Of a DNA stretch of 64,000 nt, positions 1 to 10,856 are shown one piece after another; within the stretch, counting starts at the first letter, position 1; each line of letters starts with the position of its first letter. The stretch is taken from assembly GCA_039024555.1 (NCBI GenBank), contig JBCCQQ010000028.1, positions 10,798 through 74,797 on the forward strand. The letters run 5' to 3'. A program made the translations under genes and the position numbers. The stretch comes from Cyanobacteria bacterium P01_D01_bin.156 (GTDB lineage Bacteria; Cyanobacteriota; Cyanobacteriia; Phormidesmidales; Phormidesmidaceae). A model generated the notes under the pieces. That model was given only the letters and a program-made list of their open reading frames with translations, searched no databases and was not told the DNA's origin.

Positions 1-60
1 AACCCGACTGAGAACACAATATCTTTTTTCCTAAAGGGCTATGTAGAATATTCCTAACCA

Positions 61-945
61 TTGATCGGAATGATTAGCAGACCTGTGATAGATGAACTCA
101 GAACAGGGTTGGAGTTAGCGACTCAAGATGAATTAGCGTCCTTGGCTGAAGTTCTGTTTAGGCCCAAGTTTAATCCTTTGGATTACTGCTGTACGCCTTC
201 ACCACAGGTGATACTGAGTTGCGATCGCACTCAGCGTATTCAACACATTGAGTCACGGGTGCGTTTTTTAGCCGCCGATGGCATTACTGTCCTGAAACAG
301 GACACTCAGCAGCTCAGCTATCGATGCATCTTGCTACAGCTAGCGCGACAGCTCAAGCTAAATCTTCCTAAGGAGCTCACCACCCTAGATTTAGAAGCAG
401 AAATTTTCTTACAATTCCTAGAAAAATCGTGGCAGCGATTGTCCCCCGACGAGCAGCGGCAAATGGAGCAACGCTTCACCAACGAGCTAGCTCAAGTGGA
501 ACAGTTTCAAGCGCTTTCGCCACAGCTCCAGCGCCATCCCATGGCATTAGTTCTAAAAGGCAGCAGTGCGATCGCCATTAACTCTGTGGTACGTCCTTGG
601 CTACTCAGGCAAATAGCCAAACAATTTGCTATTCAGTTAACCCAATATCAGGCCGCACAGCAGTCACTGCGAGGAACCCTTAGCTTAGGAGCCAAGCTCC
701 AAGGACGCGCAGCTCTCACCCTAGCGTCACGGGGCATGGCTCTCAATGCCGCTCGCTATGGGGCCATGCGAAGTGTATTTGCCTGTTTAGGACCCGCTCT
801 ATGGGGCTGGTTCATGGTGGATTTAGGGTGGCGAACCATTGCCGCAAACTACACAAGGGTGATTCCAGTGGTACTGACCCTAGCCCAGATTCGCCTTACC
901 CGCGATGCCAATTGTGGGTCAAAATTAAAGACAGCAGCGGCATAG
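61..945 (+). CDS. Conserved cyanobacterial YaaW-like hypothetical protein
   Basis: 294-aa ORF. Motifs 'DELRTGLELATQDEL', 'RPKFNPLDY', 'FLAADG' and 'NYTRVIPVVLTLAQIRL' resemble the cyanobacterial YaaW family. True start may be slightly downstream. Confidence 0.7.
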   Translation: MIGMISRPVIDELRTGLELATQDELASLAEVLFRPKFNPLDYCCTPSPQVILSCDRTQRIQHIESRVRFLAADGITVLKQDTQQLSYRCILLQLARQLKLNLPKELTTLDLEAEIFLQFLEKSWQRLSPDEQRQMEQRFTNELAQVEQFQALSPQLQRHPMALVLKGSSAIAINSVVRPWLLRQIAKQFAIQLTQYQAAQQSLRGTLSLGAKLQGRAALTLASRGMALNAARYGAMRSVFACLGPALWGWFMVDLGWRTIAANYTRVIPVVLTLAQIRLTRDANCGSKLKTAAA

Positions 946-960
946 CGTAACTCAACAGAG

Positions 961-1422
961 ATGACCAAAAGCGGCACCGAAGATAGTCCTAAAAATCACT
1001 ATGAACTGCTGGGAGTAAAGCCAACGGCTTCTGCCCAGGAGATTCGTCGAGCCTATCGCGAACTTAGTAAGCTATATCACCCAGATACCACAACGCTATC
1101 GGACGCGATCGCAACCCGCAAATTCCAAGCACTCAACGAAGCCTACGGTATCTTGAGCAACCCAGAACAGCGGCTCACCTACGATCACAAAATTGGCTAT
1201 TCCCGGTTTTATGTCAGTCAAGCACCTAAAGATATGGATGGTGGCAAAACGCAGGCTTTTGAATCTCGCTATACCTATCTTGATCCCACAGAACGACCAC
1301 TCTCCGCAGGAGAAATCTTTGCCCTGTTCATTTTAGGTCTTACCTTTGCAGCTTGCCTTGCGCTCGTCTTTATTTTAGGTATTGCCGACAGTGACCTGAC
1401 AGTATCTTCCCTGTCTTCTTAG
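961..1422 (+). CDS. J-domain (DnaJ type III) protein with C-terminal TM helix
   Basis: 'NHYELLGV...EIRRAYRELSKLYHPD...LNEAYGILS' J-domain with HPD motif; hydrophobic C-terminus. Confidence 0.85.
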   Translation: MTKSGTEDSPKNHYELLGVKPTASAQEIRRAYRELSKLYHPDTTTLSDAIATRKFQALNEAYGILSNPEQRLTYDHKIGYSRFYVSQAPKDMDGGKTQAFESRYTYLDPTERPLSAGEIFALFILGLTFAACLALVFILGIADSDLTVSSLSS

Positions 1423-1499
1423 GTGATCGACCTCATGGTAATAAGAACTCCAGAAACGACTTCCGCTGCGTAAACTCATCCCACATCTAACTTATCCCC

Positions 1500-1772
1500 A
1501 TGGCACTTCCTTCTGCAGATACTCCTCTTTACAACCACACCCTGCCAGACATTGAATTATGGCTAACTCAGCAGGGTGCCAAACAGAGCAGAGCTGAACT
1601 CAATTATTGGGAAATCACTAAAGCTAGCTGGAAAGCAAACCTAGTCCTAGAAACTGATTCAATTATCGTGCGTTATTTGGAAGCAAGCGATACAGGCGAA
1701 GATATCCAACGCGGCTTTAAGTACTCCCTAAACCGCCAAGATTTAGAAGATGCTATTTTTGCAGGGCCTTAG
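1500..1772 (+). CDS. DUF3143-like conserved cyanobacterial protein
   Basis: 'LPSADTPLYNHTLPDIELWL...FKYSLNRQDLEDAIFAGP' matches the small protein usually found after this J-domain gene. Confidence 0.75.
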   Translation: MALPSADTPLYNHTLPDIELWLTQQGAKQSRAELNYWEITKASWKANLVLETDSIIVRYLEASDTGEDIQRGFKYSLNRQDLEDAIFAGP

Positions 1773-1903
1773 AAACCTGGCGTTACAGATAGTCGAGATA
1801 ATGCTATCCGTCAAATCTAGACAACCAGTGAGTTCCACAAATCGTTCCAGTTCCAAAATCAGCAACGGCAAAAACTAAAGTTTTAGATTTTTTCATATTT
1901 AAG

Positions 1904-2320
1904 CTAGGAAAAATATTGATCACATCGGTCTGACTTACAGACACGATAGTCAGACTCATAGGTCGTAGCGCGGCGGCCGAACAGACGGTAGCGATTATCG
2001 CGCACAAACGCATAGATGCGATCTCCACCGCGCTTGATACCTGGCAAACTGCGATAGGCCGCGACAAATAGCCCGCCCATTGGCAACAACGCACCAATTT
2101 CTTCTGCGGCATCACTTCCTTGCCAGCGAAGATCGGGATTAGCCTCATCAATGAGCAACATACCTAGCTCACAGTCAGCAGCCGTTACGACAAACTGCTC
2201 TAAAGTCTGACTGTCTTGCATAGGGGCATACCGAAACCGTTGGCCTTGGTCAAACCATTCTAACCACTGCACCAAGGTGGTACACAGATTGCAATCACCG
2301 TCATAAATCACATAGTGCAT
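1904..2320 (-). CDS. DCC1-like thiol-disulfide oxidoreductase (DUF393)
   Basis: N-terminal 'VIYDGDCNLC' DxxCxxC motif and 'YAFVRDNRYRLFG' C-terminal signature. Confidence 0.85.
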   Translation of the reverse strand: MHYVIYDGDCNLCTTLVQWLEWFDQGQRFRYAPMQDSQTLEQFVVTAADCELGMLLIDEANPDLRWQGSDAAEEIGALLPMGGLFVAAYRSLPGIKRGGDRIYAFVRDNRYRLFGRRATTYESDYRVCKSDRCDQYFS

Positions 2321-2613
2321 ATCAAATCAACAGGTACAAATAACAAATAGCTGGGCTCTACCGTGCAGGGGTCCAGCGTAGAAGATTATTGATATTTTAG
2401 AGAAAACCGAGAGATGAATTGATTTTTCTAATGGATCAACCAAGGTTCAAGCCTATGTCCTGGCAGAAGATGCACCATCATCACATTTCTCAAACAGTCA
2501 TTTCATAAGGCTTTAATAGCCCCTTAATGTATCCTCCAACACATTAAGAAGGTTTCCAAAGGTACAAAAACACTGAGAAAAGCATGTTAGCTTAAACGCA
2601 TTTTCAAAATTCT

Positions 2614-2632
2614 CTTAACCTAGTCTTTACCT
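2614..2632 (+). promoter_or_regulatory. Cyanobacterial Pho box (SphR/PhoB site) upstream of pstS
   Basis: CTTAACCT and CTTTACCT repeated at an 11-bp period, matching the PyTTAAPyPy(T/A) consensus, about 70 bp before pstS. Confidence 0.65.
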
Positions 2633-2699
2633 TAGCTCGGTAGTTTTCACCAAGAATGTCTGTAGGCATATTTTGGTGAGGAGTTAAGTCTAAGCAATC

Positions 2700-3728
2700 A
2701 TGGAATTTAAAGCACGGAAAATGCGCTACGCATACTCAGCAACTTTGCTGGCTCTATTGACTAGTCTAGCTGCCTGCGCCGGTGGCACTACAACTGATAC
2801 CGCTGACGCACCTGCTGATGGTGGTACTGAAGTTGCGGCTGCTGGCGGTGTATCTGGTGATGTTCTAATTGACGGTTCTAGTACTGTATTTCCCATTGCT
2901 GAAGCAATGAGTGAAGAATTCAGTTTGGCTAATCCCGATGTCAACGTGACTGTGGGTGTTTCTGGTTCCGGTGGCGGCTTCAAGAAGTTCTGCGCTGGTG
3001 AGACCGATATTTCCAATGCTTCTCGCCCTATTAAGGAAGAAGAAGTTGCTTCATGTGAAGAAGCTGGTATCGAGTTCGTCGAAGTGCCTGTCGCTTTTGA
3101 TGGTCTCACCATTGTTACCAATCCGGCTAACGATTGGGCTCAGTGTCTGACTACTGATCAGCTGAACACAATGTGGGCTCCTGACTCTGAAGGTCAAGTA
3201 GCTAACTGGAATCAGGTAGATGCTTCCTTCCCTGATCAGGCACTAGGTCTATATGGTCCTGGTACTGACTCTGGTACCTTCGACTACTTCACCGACGAAG
3301 TCAACGGCGAAGAGGGTGCAAGCCGTGGTGACTACACCGCTAGTGAAGATGACAACGTCATCGTGCAGGGTGTATCAGGTGATGAAGGTGCTCTAGGTTA
3401 CTTTGGTTACGCCTACTTTGAAGAGAACTCTGATTCTCTGCAGGCCGTTGCGATTCAAAACGATGCAGGTGAGTGTGTAGCTCCTTCCACCGAAACTATC
3501 GCAGATGGTTCTTACAACCCCATGTCTCGTCCTCTGTTCTTCTACGTGAAGAAAGAGGCTTACGACACTAAGGAGCAGGTGAAGGGTTTTGTTGACTTCA
3601 TGCTAGATCCTAAGAATGGTGTGCTGATTGGTGACGCAGGTTATGTTGCATTGCCGGACGACATTCTTGCCAACTCCAAAGCTCGCATCGACGAAGGTAA
3701 ACTAGGTACCGATCCTACTAACCTGTAG
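2700..3728 (+). CDS. pstS: Phosphate ABC transporter substrate-binding lipoprotein
   Basis: Lipobox LAAC; '[10 protein letters not shown]', '[11 protein letters not shown]', 'SGTFDYF' motifs; first gene of the pst operon. Confidence 0.95.
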   Translation: MEFKARKMRYAYSATLLALLTSLAACAGGTTTDTADAPADGGTEVAAAGGVSGDVLIDGSSTVFPIAEAMSEEFSLANPDVNVTVGVSGSGGGFKKFCAGETDISNASRPIKEEEVASCEEAGIEFVEVPVAFDGLTIVTNPANDWAQCLTTDQLNTMWAPDSEGQVANWNQVDASFPDQALGLYGPGTDSGTFDYFTDEVNGEEGASRGDYTASEDDNVIVQGVSGDEGALGYFGYAYFEENSDSLQAVAIQNDAGECVAPSTETIADGSYNPMSRPLFFYVKKEAYDTKEQVKGFVDFMLDPKNGVLIGDAGYVALPDDILANSKARIDEGKLGTDPTNL

Positions 3729-3776
3729 ATTTTGCACTGAGTGAAATCTTCTTCTAACTCTCTTGATTGAGATACA

Positions 3777-3810
3777 AGAACTGGAGGGATCATTCAATCC
3801 CTTCAGTTCT
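3777..3810 (+). terminator. Stem-loop after pstS (terminator or mRNA stabiliser)
   Basis: AGAACTGGAGGGAT-cattca-ATCCCTTCAGTTCT inverted repeat. Confidence 0.6.
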
Positions 3811-4060
3811 CTTTAAAGAGTTTTCCCATTAGTGGGACATTGCAAAAAAGGCTTTAGCTTTGTTTGAGCATTGATAGCTCTATTCACTTCATAGAGATGT
3901 TAAAGCCTACTTAATATTGGATGTATTTAATACTTAAGCTACGTTCAACACTGTTTTTCAAAGCAGTCGAGTTTAGACTATATGCTTTGAAAAATTAGAA
4001 ACTCTGAAGGTTCCTAATTGTTTTACGTAGTTGGCCCAACCTGCGCTGAGGACTTTGTGC

Positions 4061-5044
4061 ATGACAGCTGAGCTTCCCATAAGAGATATTGCCCCAGGTG
4101 CCTGGAGACCAAACCGTAGCCGTTCTCAGAATATTGAGCTGCTCGTTAAGATTATCTGCGGCTCATTTGCTGCGATCTCGATCTTTACCACTATCGGTAT
4201 CATCGGAACGCTGATCTTTGAAACGTTTTCGTTTTTTGGCGACTTACCCACTGAGCTTTCCAAAGATGGCGAGAATGTTTCCTATGTCCAGGGTGTTATC
4301 CATTTCCTCACCGCTGGCCGTTGGACCCCTCTATTTGCCAGTAAACAGTTTGGGATTTTTGTTTTGATCAGTGCCACGCTGATGATTACCTTTATTTCGA
4401 TTTTAGTGGCATTGCCCCTGGGTCTACTGGCAGCGATTTGTTTGAGTGAGTACGCCAGCCCAAGGTTCCGCAAGGTTCTCAAGCCTGTACTAGAAATACT
4501 AGCAGGCGTGCCTACCGTGGTTTATGGCTACTTTGCACTGTTAACAGTGACACCATTCCTACAGTTATTTTTGCCACCTGTAGAGGGTTTTAATTCCCTC
4601 AGTGCGGGCATTGTTCTTGGAATTATGATTACGCCGATGGTGGCTTCGCTGAGTGAAGATGCTATCTACTCGGTACCCCAATCTCTACGAGATGGATCTT
4701 ATGCATTGGGGGCAACCAGACGTGAAACAGTCTCAGCAGTTGTTTTACCGGCAGCACTTTCAGGGATTGTGTCGTCTTTGATTTTAGCCATGTCACGAGC
4801 TGTGGGTGAAACCATGATTGTGACCCTAGCAGCCGGTGCTAACCCCACACTGGGCTTTAATCCATTTGTGCCTGTGATGACGATGACGGCCTACATTGTG
4901 CAGGTCACTAAGGGAGATGCGCCTCACGGAACCATTGCCTATGAGACTCTGTATGCCGTAGGTATGACACTGTTCTTAATCACATTAGCGCTCAACGTAT
5001 TTAGCTTCTGGTTTGTGCGTCGTTTCCGTCAGAAATACGATTAG
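4061..5044 (+). CDS. pstC: Phosphate ABC transporter permease PstC
   Basis: 'ILAGVPTVVYGYFAL', 'SRAVGETM' motifs; ATG at 4061 preferred over TTG at 4031. Confidence 0.95.
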   Translation: MTAELPIRDIAPGAWRPNRSRSQNIELLVKIICGSFAAISIFTTIGIIGTLIFETFSFFGDLPTELSKDGENVSYVQGVIHFLTAGRWTPLFASKQFGIFVLISATLMITFISILVALPLGLLAAICLSEYASPRFRKVLKPVLEILAGVPTVVYGYFALLTVTPFLQLFLPPVEGFNSLSAGIVLGIMITPMVASLSEDAIYSVPQSLRDGSYALGATRRETVSAVVLPAALSGIVSSLILAMSRAVGETMIVTLAAGANPTLGFNPFVPVMTMTAYIVQVTKGDAPHGTIAYETLYAVGMTLFLITLALNVFSFWFVRRFRQKYD

Positions 5045-5123
5045 GTCTTTTGCAGAGGCTTTTTAGCCTGCATCGATCGTTTAGCGAGTGATAGAGCAAT
5101 TGAGCAAATAGGAAGATAAGGAT

Positions 5124-6035
5124 ATGACGGCTCAACCCGGAATTGATAGCAAGGACATATCAAGTAGCAACTTTAAACAAGATTTATCGGGTCGCTACAA
5201 TCTAGACAAAATTTTTGCAGCAGCAGCATGGACCGCCACTTTTGTGGCTGTTTTGGTATTAGCGTGGCTGCTGCTGACGATTTTAGTAGATGGCGTAAGC
5301 ACCCTAAATGGCAACTTTTTGACTGCTTTCCCATCTCGAAAAGCTGAGCGCGCAGGGATTAAGGCGGCTTTATATGGCACTTTATGGGTCATGGGTATTG
5401 TCGCTGCAACATCTTTCCCCGTAGGCGTAGGTGCAGCCATCTACCTAGAAGAGTTTGCCACCGACAACTGGTTTACCCGCTTGGTGGAAATCAACATTGG
5501 TAATCTGGCAGGTGTGCCCTCCATTATTTACGGCTTATTAGGTCTAGCAGTTTTTGTACGAATTTTTGAGCCAATTACAGGCGGACGTAGTGTGCTGTCA
5601 GGTGGCCTCACTTTGTCATTGCTTATCTTGCCAGTGATTATCGTGGCCACACGAGAAGCTCTAAGAGCTGTTCCAAACAGCATGCGATTGGCAGGATTCG
5701 CGTTAGGTGCAAACAAGTGGCAGGTGGTTTGGCACCATGTGCTGCCCAGTGCGATGCCAGGTGTTTTAACAGGTGTGATTTTAGCCCTGTCTCGCGCCAT
5801 TGGGGAAACTGCACCGCTACTTGCCATTGGTGCAGTAGCTTTTATTCGCTCCACCCCCGATAGCTTACAGAGCTCATTTACAGCAATGCCGATTCAAATC
5901 TACAACTGGGTTGGGCGTCCACAAGAAGAGTTTCACCACATTGCAGCATCAGGAATTATCGTGCTGATGATTATGTTGCTGTTAATGAACACCATTGCAA
6001 TTTATTTCCGTAATCGTTTCCAGAAAACCCGGTAA
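5124..6035 (+). CDS. pstA: Phosphate ABC transporter permease PstA
   Basis: 'NLAGVPSIIYGLLGL', 'SRAIGETAPL' motifs; operon position. Confidence 0.95.
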   Translation: MTAQPGIDSKDISSSNFKQDLSGRYNLDKIFAAAAWTATFVAVLVLAWLLLTILVDGVSTLNGNFLTAFPSRKAERAGIKAALYGTLWVMGIVAATSFPVGVGAAIYLEEFATDNWFTRLVEINIGNLAGVPSIIYGLLGLAVFVRIFEPITGGRSVLSGGLTLSLLILPVIIVATREALRAVPNSMRLAGFALGANKWQVVWHHVLPSAMPGVLTGVILALSRAIGETAPLLAIGAVAFIRSTPDSLQSSFTAMPIQIYNWVGRPQEEFHHIAASGIIVLMIMLLLMNTIAIYFRNRFQKTR

Positions 6036-6134
6036 CGGCTGCACCGTTGTCGATATGCCTTCCACATTAGCAAGGGCATTGTCGTAGCCAATTTATTTGT
6101 TTAGATACTAAGCCGTAGCAGGAAAACTAGAACT

Positions 6135-6932
6135 ATGCAAGACACACGTCCTAAAACCATGATTGATATGTCCCTTAAAGCCGAAAAAATTTCGGTTTAT
6201 TACGGCTCTACCTTAGCCGTTAAAGACGTTTTTCTGGATATTCCCCGCAATCAAATTGTTGCTTTTATTGGTCCGTCTGGATGTGGTAAGAGTACTGTTC
6301 TGCGATGTTTCAACCGCATGAATGACTTGATTCCAAGCGCACGTGTGGAAGGGAACATTCTGTTTGATGGAGAAGATATCAAACAGTTTGATCCTGTTGA
6401 ACTGCGTCGCCGTGTGGGTATGGTGTTTCAAAAGCCCAACCCTTTCCCCAAGTCTATCTATGAAAACATTGCTTTTGGTGCCCGCATCAACGGCTACCAG
6501 GGGGATATGGACGAGCTAGTAGAGCGCTCTTTAAAGGGAGCTGCCCTATGGGATGAAGTCAAGGACAAGCTCAAGGAAAGTGGCTTAGGTCTATCCGGCG
6601 GTCAGCAGCAGCGTCTATGTATTGCTCGTGCGATCGCAATTGAGCCTGAAGTCATTCTGATGGATGAGCCCTGTTCCGCATTAGACCCCATTTCCACCCT
6701 AAAAGTGGAAGAACTCATGCACGACCTCAAGACTCGCTACACCATCGTTATTGTCACCCACAACATGCAGCAGGCATCCCGAGTGTCTGACAAAACTGCA
6801 TTCTTTAATGCCCAAGCAACTGAAGCCGGTGGCAAAATGGGCTACTTAGTAGAGTATGACAGTACTCAAGTTATCTTCAGCAACCCTCGCGAAGAGTACA
6901 CTCGCGATTATGTTTCTGGTCGCTTTGGTTAA
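6135..6932 (+). CDS. pstB: Phosphate ABC transporter ATP-binding protein
   Basis: Walker A GPSGCGKS, '[14 protein letters not shown]', '[13 protein letters not shown]', C-terminal 'YVSGRFG'. Confidence 0.97.
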   Translation: MQDTRPKTMIDMSLKAEKISVYYGSTLAVKDVFLDIPRNQIVAFIGPSGCGKSTVLRCFNRMNDLIPSARVEGNILFDGEDIKQFDPVELRRRVGMVFQKPNPFPKSIYENIAFGARINGYQGDMDELVERSLKGAALWDEVKDKLKESGLGLSGGQQQRLCIARAIAIEPEVILMDEPCSALDPISTLKVEELMHDLKTRYTIVIVTHNMQQASRVSDKTAFFNAQATEAGGKMGYLVEYDSTQVIFSNPREEYTRDYVSGRFG

Positions 6933-6960
6933 TTGATCTCTCCAATTCATATCTCCGTAG

Positions 6961-6989
6961 GGGCACCTCCAGTAGGTGCCCTGTTTTTT
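6961..6989 (+). terminator. Rho-independent terminator after pstB
   Basis: GGGCACCT-ccagt-AGGTGCCC hairpin followed by a T-tract, between convergent genes. Confidence 0.7.
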
Positions 6990-7051
6990 GAGGACATTGG
7001 TATGTCGGTGCAGCAGCCCAAAATTTTTTAGTACAGGCACAAAGCGCTCCC

Positions 7052-8281
7052 CTACTGGAAAAACAATATCCCTGTCTGCAGCAAACCAATGGTAAAGCCT
7101 AGAATTCCACCCAAGTTGACAATGGCTTGCAACTCATTACGTACAATCCCTTGAATCGCCATTTCCAGATTACGAGGAGACGTAGCATTAACACGCTCCA
7201 TAATCACTTGGTCAATGTCTAAAATCGGAATCGCTTTCGCAACAATTGACTCCAAGTCTTTTTCTAGATATCGCTCTAAAATCAGTGCCAGCTCTTGACT
7301 CACCGTATCCAAAGAATCCATCACCACAGCTGAGGATTGCAAGCGCATCAGCAAGCGCTGAGCTAACTTATGCCAGTTTATAGAATTACTCAGCCCCTGC
7401 AGTAAAGGCACCCCATCCGTTTGCAAATACTTGCGAATGGCTTGACGCAGTGTATTGCGCAGTTGTTGAACAGTAGAAATAGGAAAATCCTGAAGAGAAA
7501 AATTTTGCAACCATTCCTGAAAACGATTTTCTACCCGTAGTTCAGTAATAAGCTCAGAAATACGGTTATTACACTTAGTCGGTTCATCTAAACAGTAGGT
7601 ACGCAACCGTGTGAGCGCATTACGCACACCAAAAAGATTAGCGACGACCCAGTATGTGCCACTGGTTTTCTCCCGCAGAGTTTCATCGATTACGGTGATA
7701 TTTCGATCCGTAAGAAAATCAATAATCAGCTGTCGTATCCGATCGGGCGGTAAAATCCCCTGTCTCACCCATTGAGCAACTTGTTTAGCCTGGGCTTCGT
7801 TTAAACGAAATTCTAACAATACCTGATCAAACACCTGATCAAGTTGCTCTGCCAAAAAATTTTCATCCCTTGCCCATACCCGCAACATTTTAGGCAGAGA
7901 CTGGCCCAACATATCTTGAAGAATATCACCGAGAATATGAGCTGTTTTTTCTTGATTAGAAGATTGGGTTTGGGTTAATGCCAGATCTAACAACCAGCGA
8001 ATCGCCGCTTCAGTACGTTCAGTCTTCAACAATCTCTTGGCTAGACGTTGCAATTCTTCCGGCGTCAGGAGGGAGCCCATAATAGTATCGGCGATACGTT
8101 TGGCCAAGCGGTTTTGATTACTCGGAATCAATCCTGGCGTAAACGGCAACTGTTGTCCAAAAATGAAAAAAGGCCGATAGGGACGAAACAACATTTTGAT
8201 AGCTAAATCATTGGTGAAATAGCCGATAATGCCGCCTGCCACTGGTGGCACAGCCAATAAAACAGGGGAGAGATTACTCAT
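7052..8281 (-). CDS. DUF445 family protein
   Basis: '[19 protein letters not shown]' N-terminus and '[13 protein letters not shown]' C-terminus. Confidence 0.85.
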   Translation of the reverse strand: MSNLSPVLLAVPPVAGGIIGYFTNDLAIKMLFRPYRPFFIFGQQLPFTPGLIPSNQNRLAKRIADTIMGSLLTPEELQRLAKRLLKTERTEAAIRWLLDLALTQTQSSNQEKTAHILGDILQDMLGQSLPKMLRVWARDENFLAEQLDQVFDQVLLEFRLNEAQAKQVAQWVRQGILPPDRIRQLIIDFLTDRNITVIDETLREKTSGTYWVVANLFGVRNALTRLRTYCLDEPTKCNNRISELITELRVENRFQEWLQNFSLQDFPISTVQQLRNTLRQAIRKYLQTDGVPLLQGLSNSINWHKLAQRLLMRLQSSAVVMDSLDTVSQELALILERYLEKDLESIVAKAIPILDIDQVIMERVNATSPRNLEMAIQGIVRNELQAIVNLGGILGFTIGLLQTGILFFQ

Positions 8282-8988
8282 TTTTGCGCGACTAGTACCC
8301 CCATCATCCCACCGAGGAGAGGATAATGCACAACATCGTTAAAGCCAGCTGTATGGGCTAAAGCAACTTGTTCACTGCCCACAGGAAAACGATCCACACT
8401 GGGACTAATATAGGCATACTCTTCTGTGAGACCACATCGATTGGCCGCAGGTACGACCACGGTATCGAGATACCATTGCTGGAACTGCTTCACCCATTCA
8501 GACTTGGGGCGATGAAAATCTAAAACCGCAGCTTTTGCCCCCGGCTTTAAAACTCGGTACAGTTCCTGCAAACCTTGAGGAATATCTACGAGGTTCCGTA
8601 GTCCGTACCCCATGGTCAGTGCATCATATTGATTCGACTCAAATGGCAAGTTGAGGGCATCTGCTTCGATCCATTGGGTGGAATGGCTGACTCCTTTATC
8701 AGCGGCACGTTGAGCTGCGATCGCCAGCTGCCCAATGGCAAAATCTGCCCCTGTCACTTTGCCCTCCGAACCAACGCGGCGAGCCAGCAACAACGCCAAA
8801 TCACCGCTGCCACAGCATACATCCAACACATTCAGACCTGATTGTGCGCCGCTCCAGTCAACAGTCATTTGCTTCCAAATCGTATGTAAACCGAAGCTCA
8901 ACGACTGATTCAGATCGTCATAGACTGGAGCAATCCGATCAAATAAATCGCGAATATAATTAGCGTCGGGCGTGGCCTGAGCCATCAA
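8278..8988 (-). CDS. menG: Demethylmenaquinone/phylloquinone methyltransferase (UbiE/MenG)
   Basis: '[12 protein letters not shown]', SAM motif '[10 protein letters not shown]', 'YGLRN'. Confidence 0.9.
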   Translation of the reverse strand: MMAQATPDANYIRDLFDRIAPVYDDLNQSLSFGLHTIWKQMTVDWSGAQSGLNVLDVCCGSGDLALLLARRVGSEGKVTGADFAIGQLAIAAQRAADKGVSHSTQWIEADALNLPFESNQYDALTMGYGLRNLVDIPQGLQELYRVLKPGAKAAVLDFHRPKSEWVKQFQQWYLDTVVVPAANRCGLTEEYAYISPSVDRFPVGSEQVALAHTAGFNDVVHYPLLGGMMGVLVAQK

Positions 8989-9085
8989 GCAAGTTCACCT
9001 ATACAGAAATCGTGGAATAGCCCCATAGCAAGCTGAGACCATTCATCATCATACTCCTGCTAGGAGAAGGTCAAGCTGAGATTTG

Positions 9086-9124
9086 TGAAGAACGCAACGA
9101 ATATTTTGAAGAACGCAACGAATA
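9086..9124. repeat. Direct repeat TGAAGAACGCAACGAATA x2 (period 21)
   Basis: Identical 18-mers at 9086-9103 and 9107-9124. Confidence 0.85.
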
Positions 9125-9187
9125 GTAACCGGTACTTTTCGCCGTGAAACGAATCGTAAAACCTTTCAAATAGAATGTCTCATTCTG

Positions 9188-10108
9188 CTAACGGCCATAG
9201 GCACTTAACGCAATAATAGAAATCGCCAACTGTTGAGTCGCAAGATTGAGCATTTTGCTGACATCATCTAAACTGCGATAAGTTTGCTTCCAATGGAGCG
9301 ACACAATTGCCAGCAAACGAGTTTGAAACATGACCGGTGCCACTAAATGAGACTGAGTCGCTGTTGCCACATAAAGAGCATCAGCAATTGAGTCCTCCTG
9401 ATTAGCCAACACATTTGGATTGGCCTGCATGGTCAGAGACTCAATTGCCCCTTTTACCAGCCGATTACTCTCTAAACTATGGCCGTGTAACTCTCCAGCC
9501 ACCGCCAGATAATCCAACTGATCTAGACACTTAATAGCGCAAACTTGAGTCGACAGAGTCTTGCCCCAACCCTCTGCAATGTATTGCAGAGCATCTTGCC
9601 CCCTCAAATCCATACTCCCAAGTTGGGCCACGCGCTCCATGAGCTTTCCTTGCCAATCTGCAATGGACAGTGCGTGGTAGTTCTGCTTGATCTCTTTATA
9701 GGTATCAGCTGCTTGATCCACTAATTGCTTGAGCATTTCTGGCTCCCACGGCTTAGTGATATAGCGATAGACCTGGCCATTATTAATGGCTTGAACTAAA
9801 TCCTCAACATCAGTAAACCCGGTCAGAATAATACGTACCGTATCTGGAAAGTCAGGCACTGTTTTACTCAGAAACTCAGTACCGTTCATCTCCGGCATCC
9901 GCTGATCAGAAATGATGACGGCCACTTCACCATTATTTTCTAAAACCTCTAGGGCTTGCTTACCACTTTCTGCACGCAGTACCTGGTATTCCCGACGAAA
10001 TGTCCGGTACAGCAAATCTAAATTGTCAGGTTCATCATCAACAACCAACAGGCGAGGTTTTTGCTTAGTCAAGACCGGAGTTGTATTTAAAGGACTAAGA
10101 ATAGTCAT
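9188..10108 (-). CDS. Response regulator (receiver plus GAF-like domain)
   Basis: 'LLVVDDEPDN', 'IISDQRMPEMNG', 'YITKPW' receiver motifs; C-terminal 'SHLVAPVMFQTRLLAIVSLH' is GAF-like. Confidence 0.85.
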   Translation of the reverse strand: MTILSPLNTTPVLTKQKPRLLVVDDEPDNLDLLYRTFRREYQVLRAESGKQALEVLENNGEVAVIISDQRMPEMNGTEFLSKTVPDFPDTVRIILTGFTDVEDLVQAINNGQVYRYITKPWEPEMLKQLVDQAADTYKEIKQNYHALSIADWQGKLMERVAQLGSMDLRGQDALQYIAEGWGKTLSTQVCAIKCLDQLDYLAVAGELHGHSLESNRLVKGAIESLTMQANPNVLANQEDSIADALYVATATQSHLVAPVMFQTRLLAIVSLHWKQTYRSLDDVSKMLNLATQQLAISIIALSAYGR

Positions 10109-10427
10109 AGAGATTTGCAGGAATACACAGCAATAAATGCTAGAACTTGATGTTCATAGTTCACGTCATAGGGAAGTACCAAAGGATTCAAACATCTCGA
10201 GCTATTTAACTTGAAATCAGCTAGATGCACTCAAAAAATACAATGGCTAGCTCAGATCACAATCATATGTCAGCCCTAAGAACGTGCTCAAGCGTTGCTA
10301 TTAGTAAGCCCAGGTCAGAAGACAATTAACACGACAGGGGAAAGCTCGGCTCACTTTAATGCAATTCAAAGGGCATGATGATAATGGAGCTAGATACAAT
10401 ACAAGCGCCATCTATAAACGCCTAACA

Positions 10428-10787
10428 ATGTTACAAGCACTGCTTCATGCCGCTATCAATGTTTCAGATTTAGCGGTAGCTGAACAATTTTATGGCGGCG
10501 TTCTAGGCCTCACTAAGGTAGAGCGAGTTCTATCATTTCCCGGTGCCTGGTACCAGTTAGGTCCTCTTCAACTACATCTGATCGAAGCTAAGGGGAACTA
10601 TAGGCCTCCCAGCCCTGATGAAAAATGGGGACGTCGAGCGCACTTAGCATTTGCGATTGAGGACCTAACCACTACACAACAGCAGCTGAGCCAAGCAGAC
10701 ATTCCCATACAGCCGAGTTCATCCGGTCGGGCCGCTATCTTTATCCAGGACCCTGACGGTCACATCATTGAGTTAAGCCAACTGTGA
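10428..10787 (+). CDS. VOC/glyoxalase family protein
   Basis: 'LLHAAINVSDL..AEQFYGGVLGL', 'HLAF', 'FIQDPDGHIIEL'; ATG at 10428 is the likely start. Confidence 0.88.
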   Translation: MLQALLHAAINVSDLAVAEQFYGGVLGLTKVERVLSFPGAWYQLGPLQLHLIEAKGNYRPPSPDEKWGRRAHLAFAIEDLTTTQQQLSQADIPIQPSSSGRAAIFIQDPDGHIIELSQL

Positions 10788-10856
10788 TCACTTAAGCAAT
10801 CCTGTAAATAGAAATAAGAGCATTATCGTTGTGTTGTATTAGATCAGGAGGCAGCA

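Noticed and set aside
9086..9124. Possible mini-CRISPR
   Set aside because: Only two 18-bp copies separated by 3 bp; no spacers and no cas genes.
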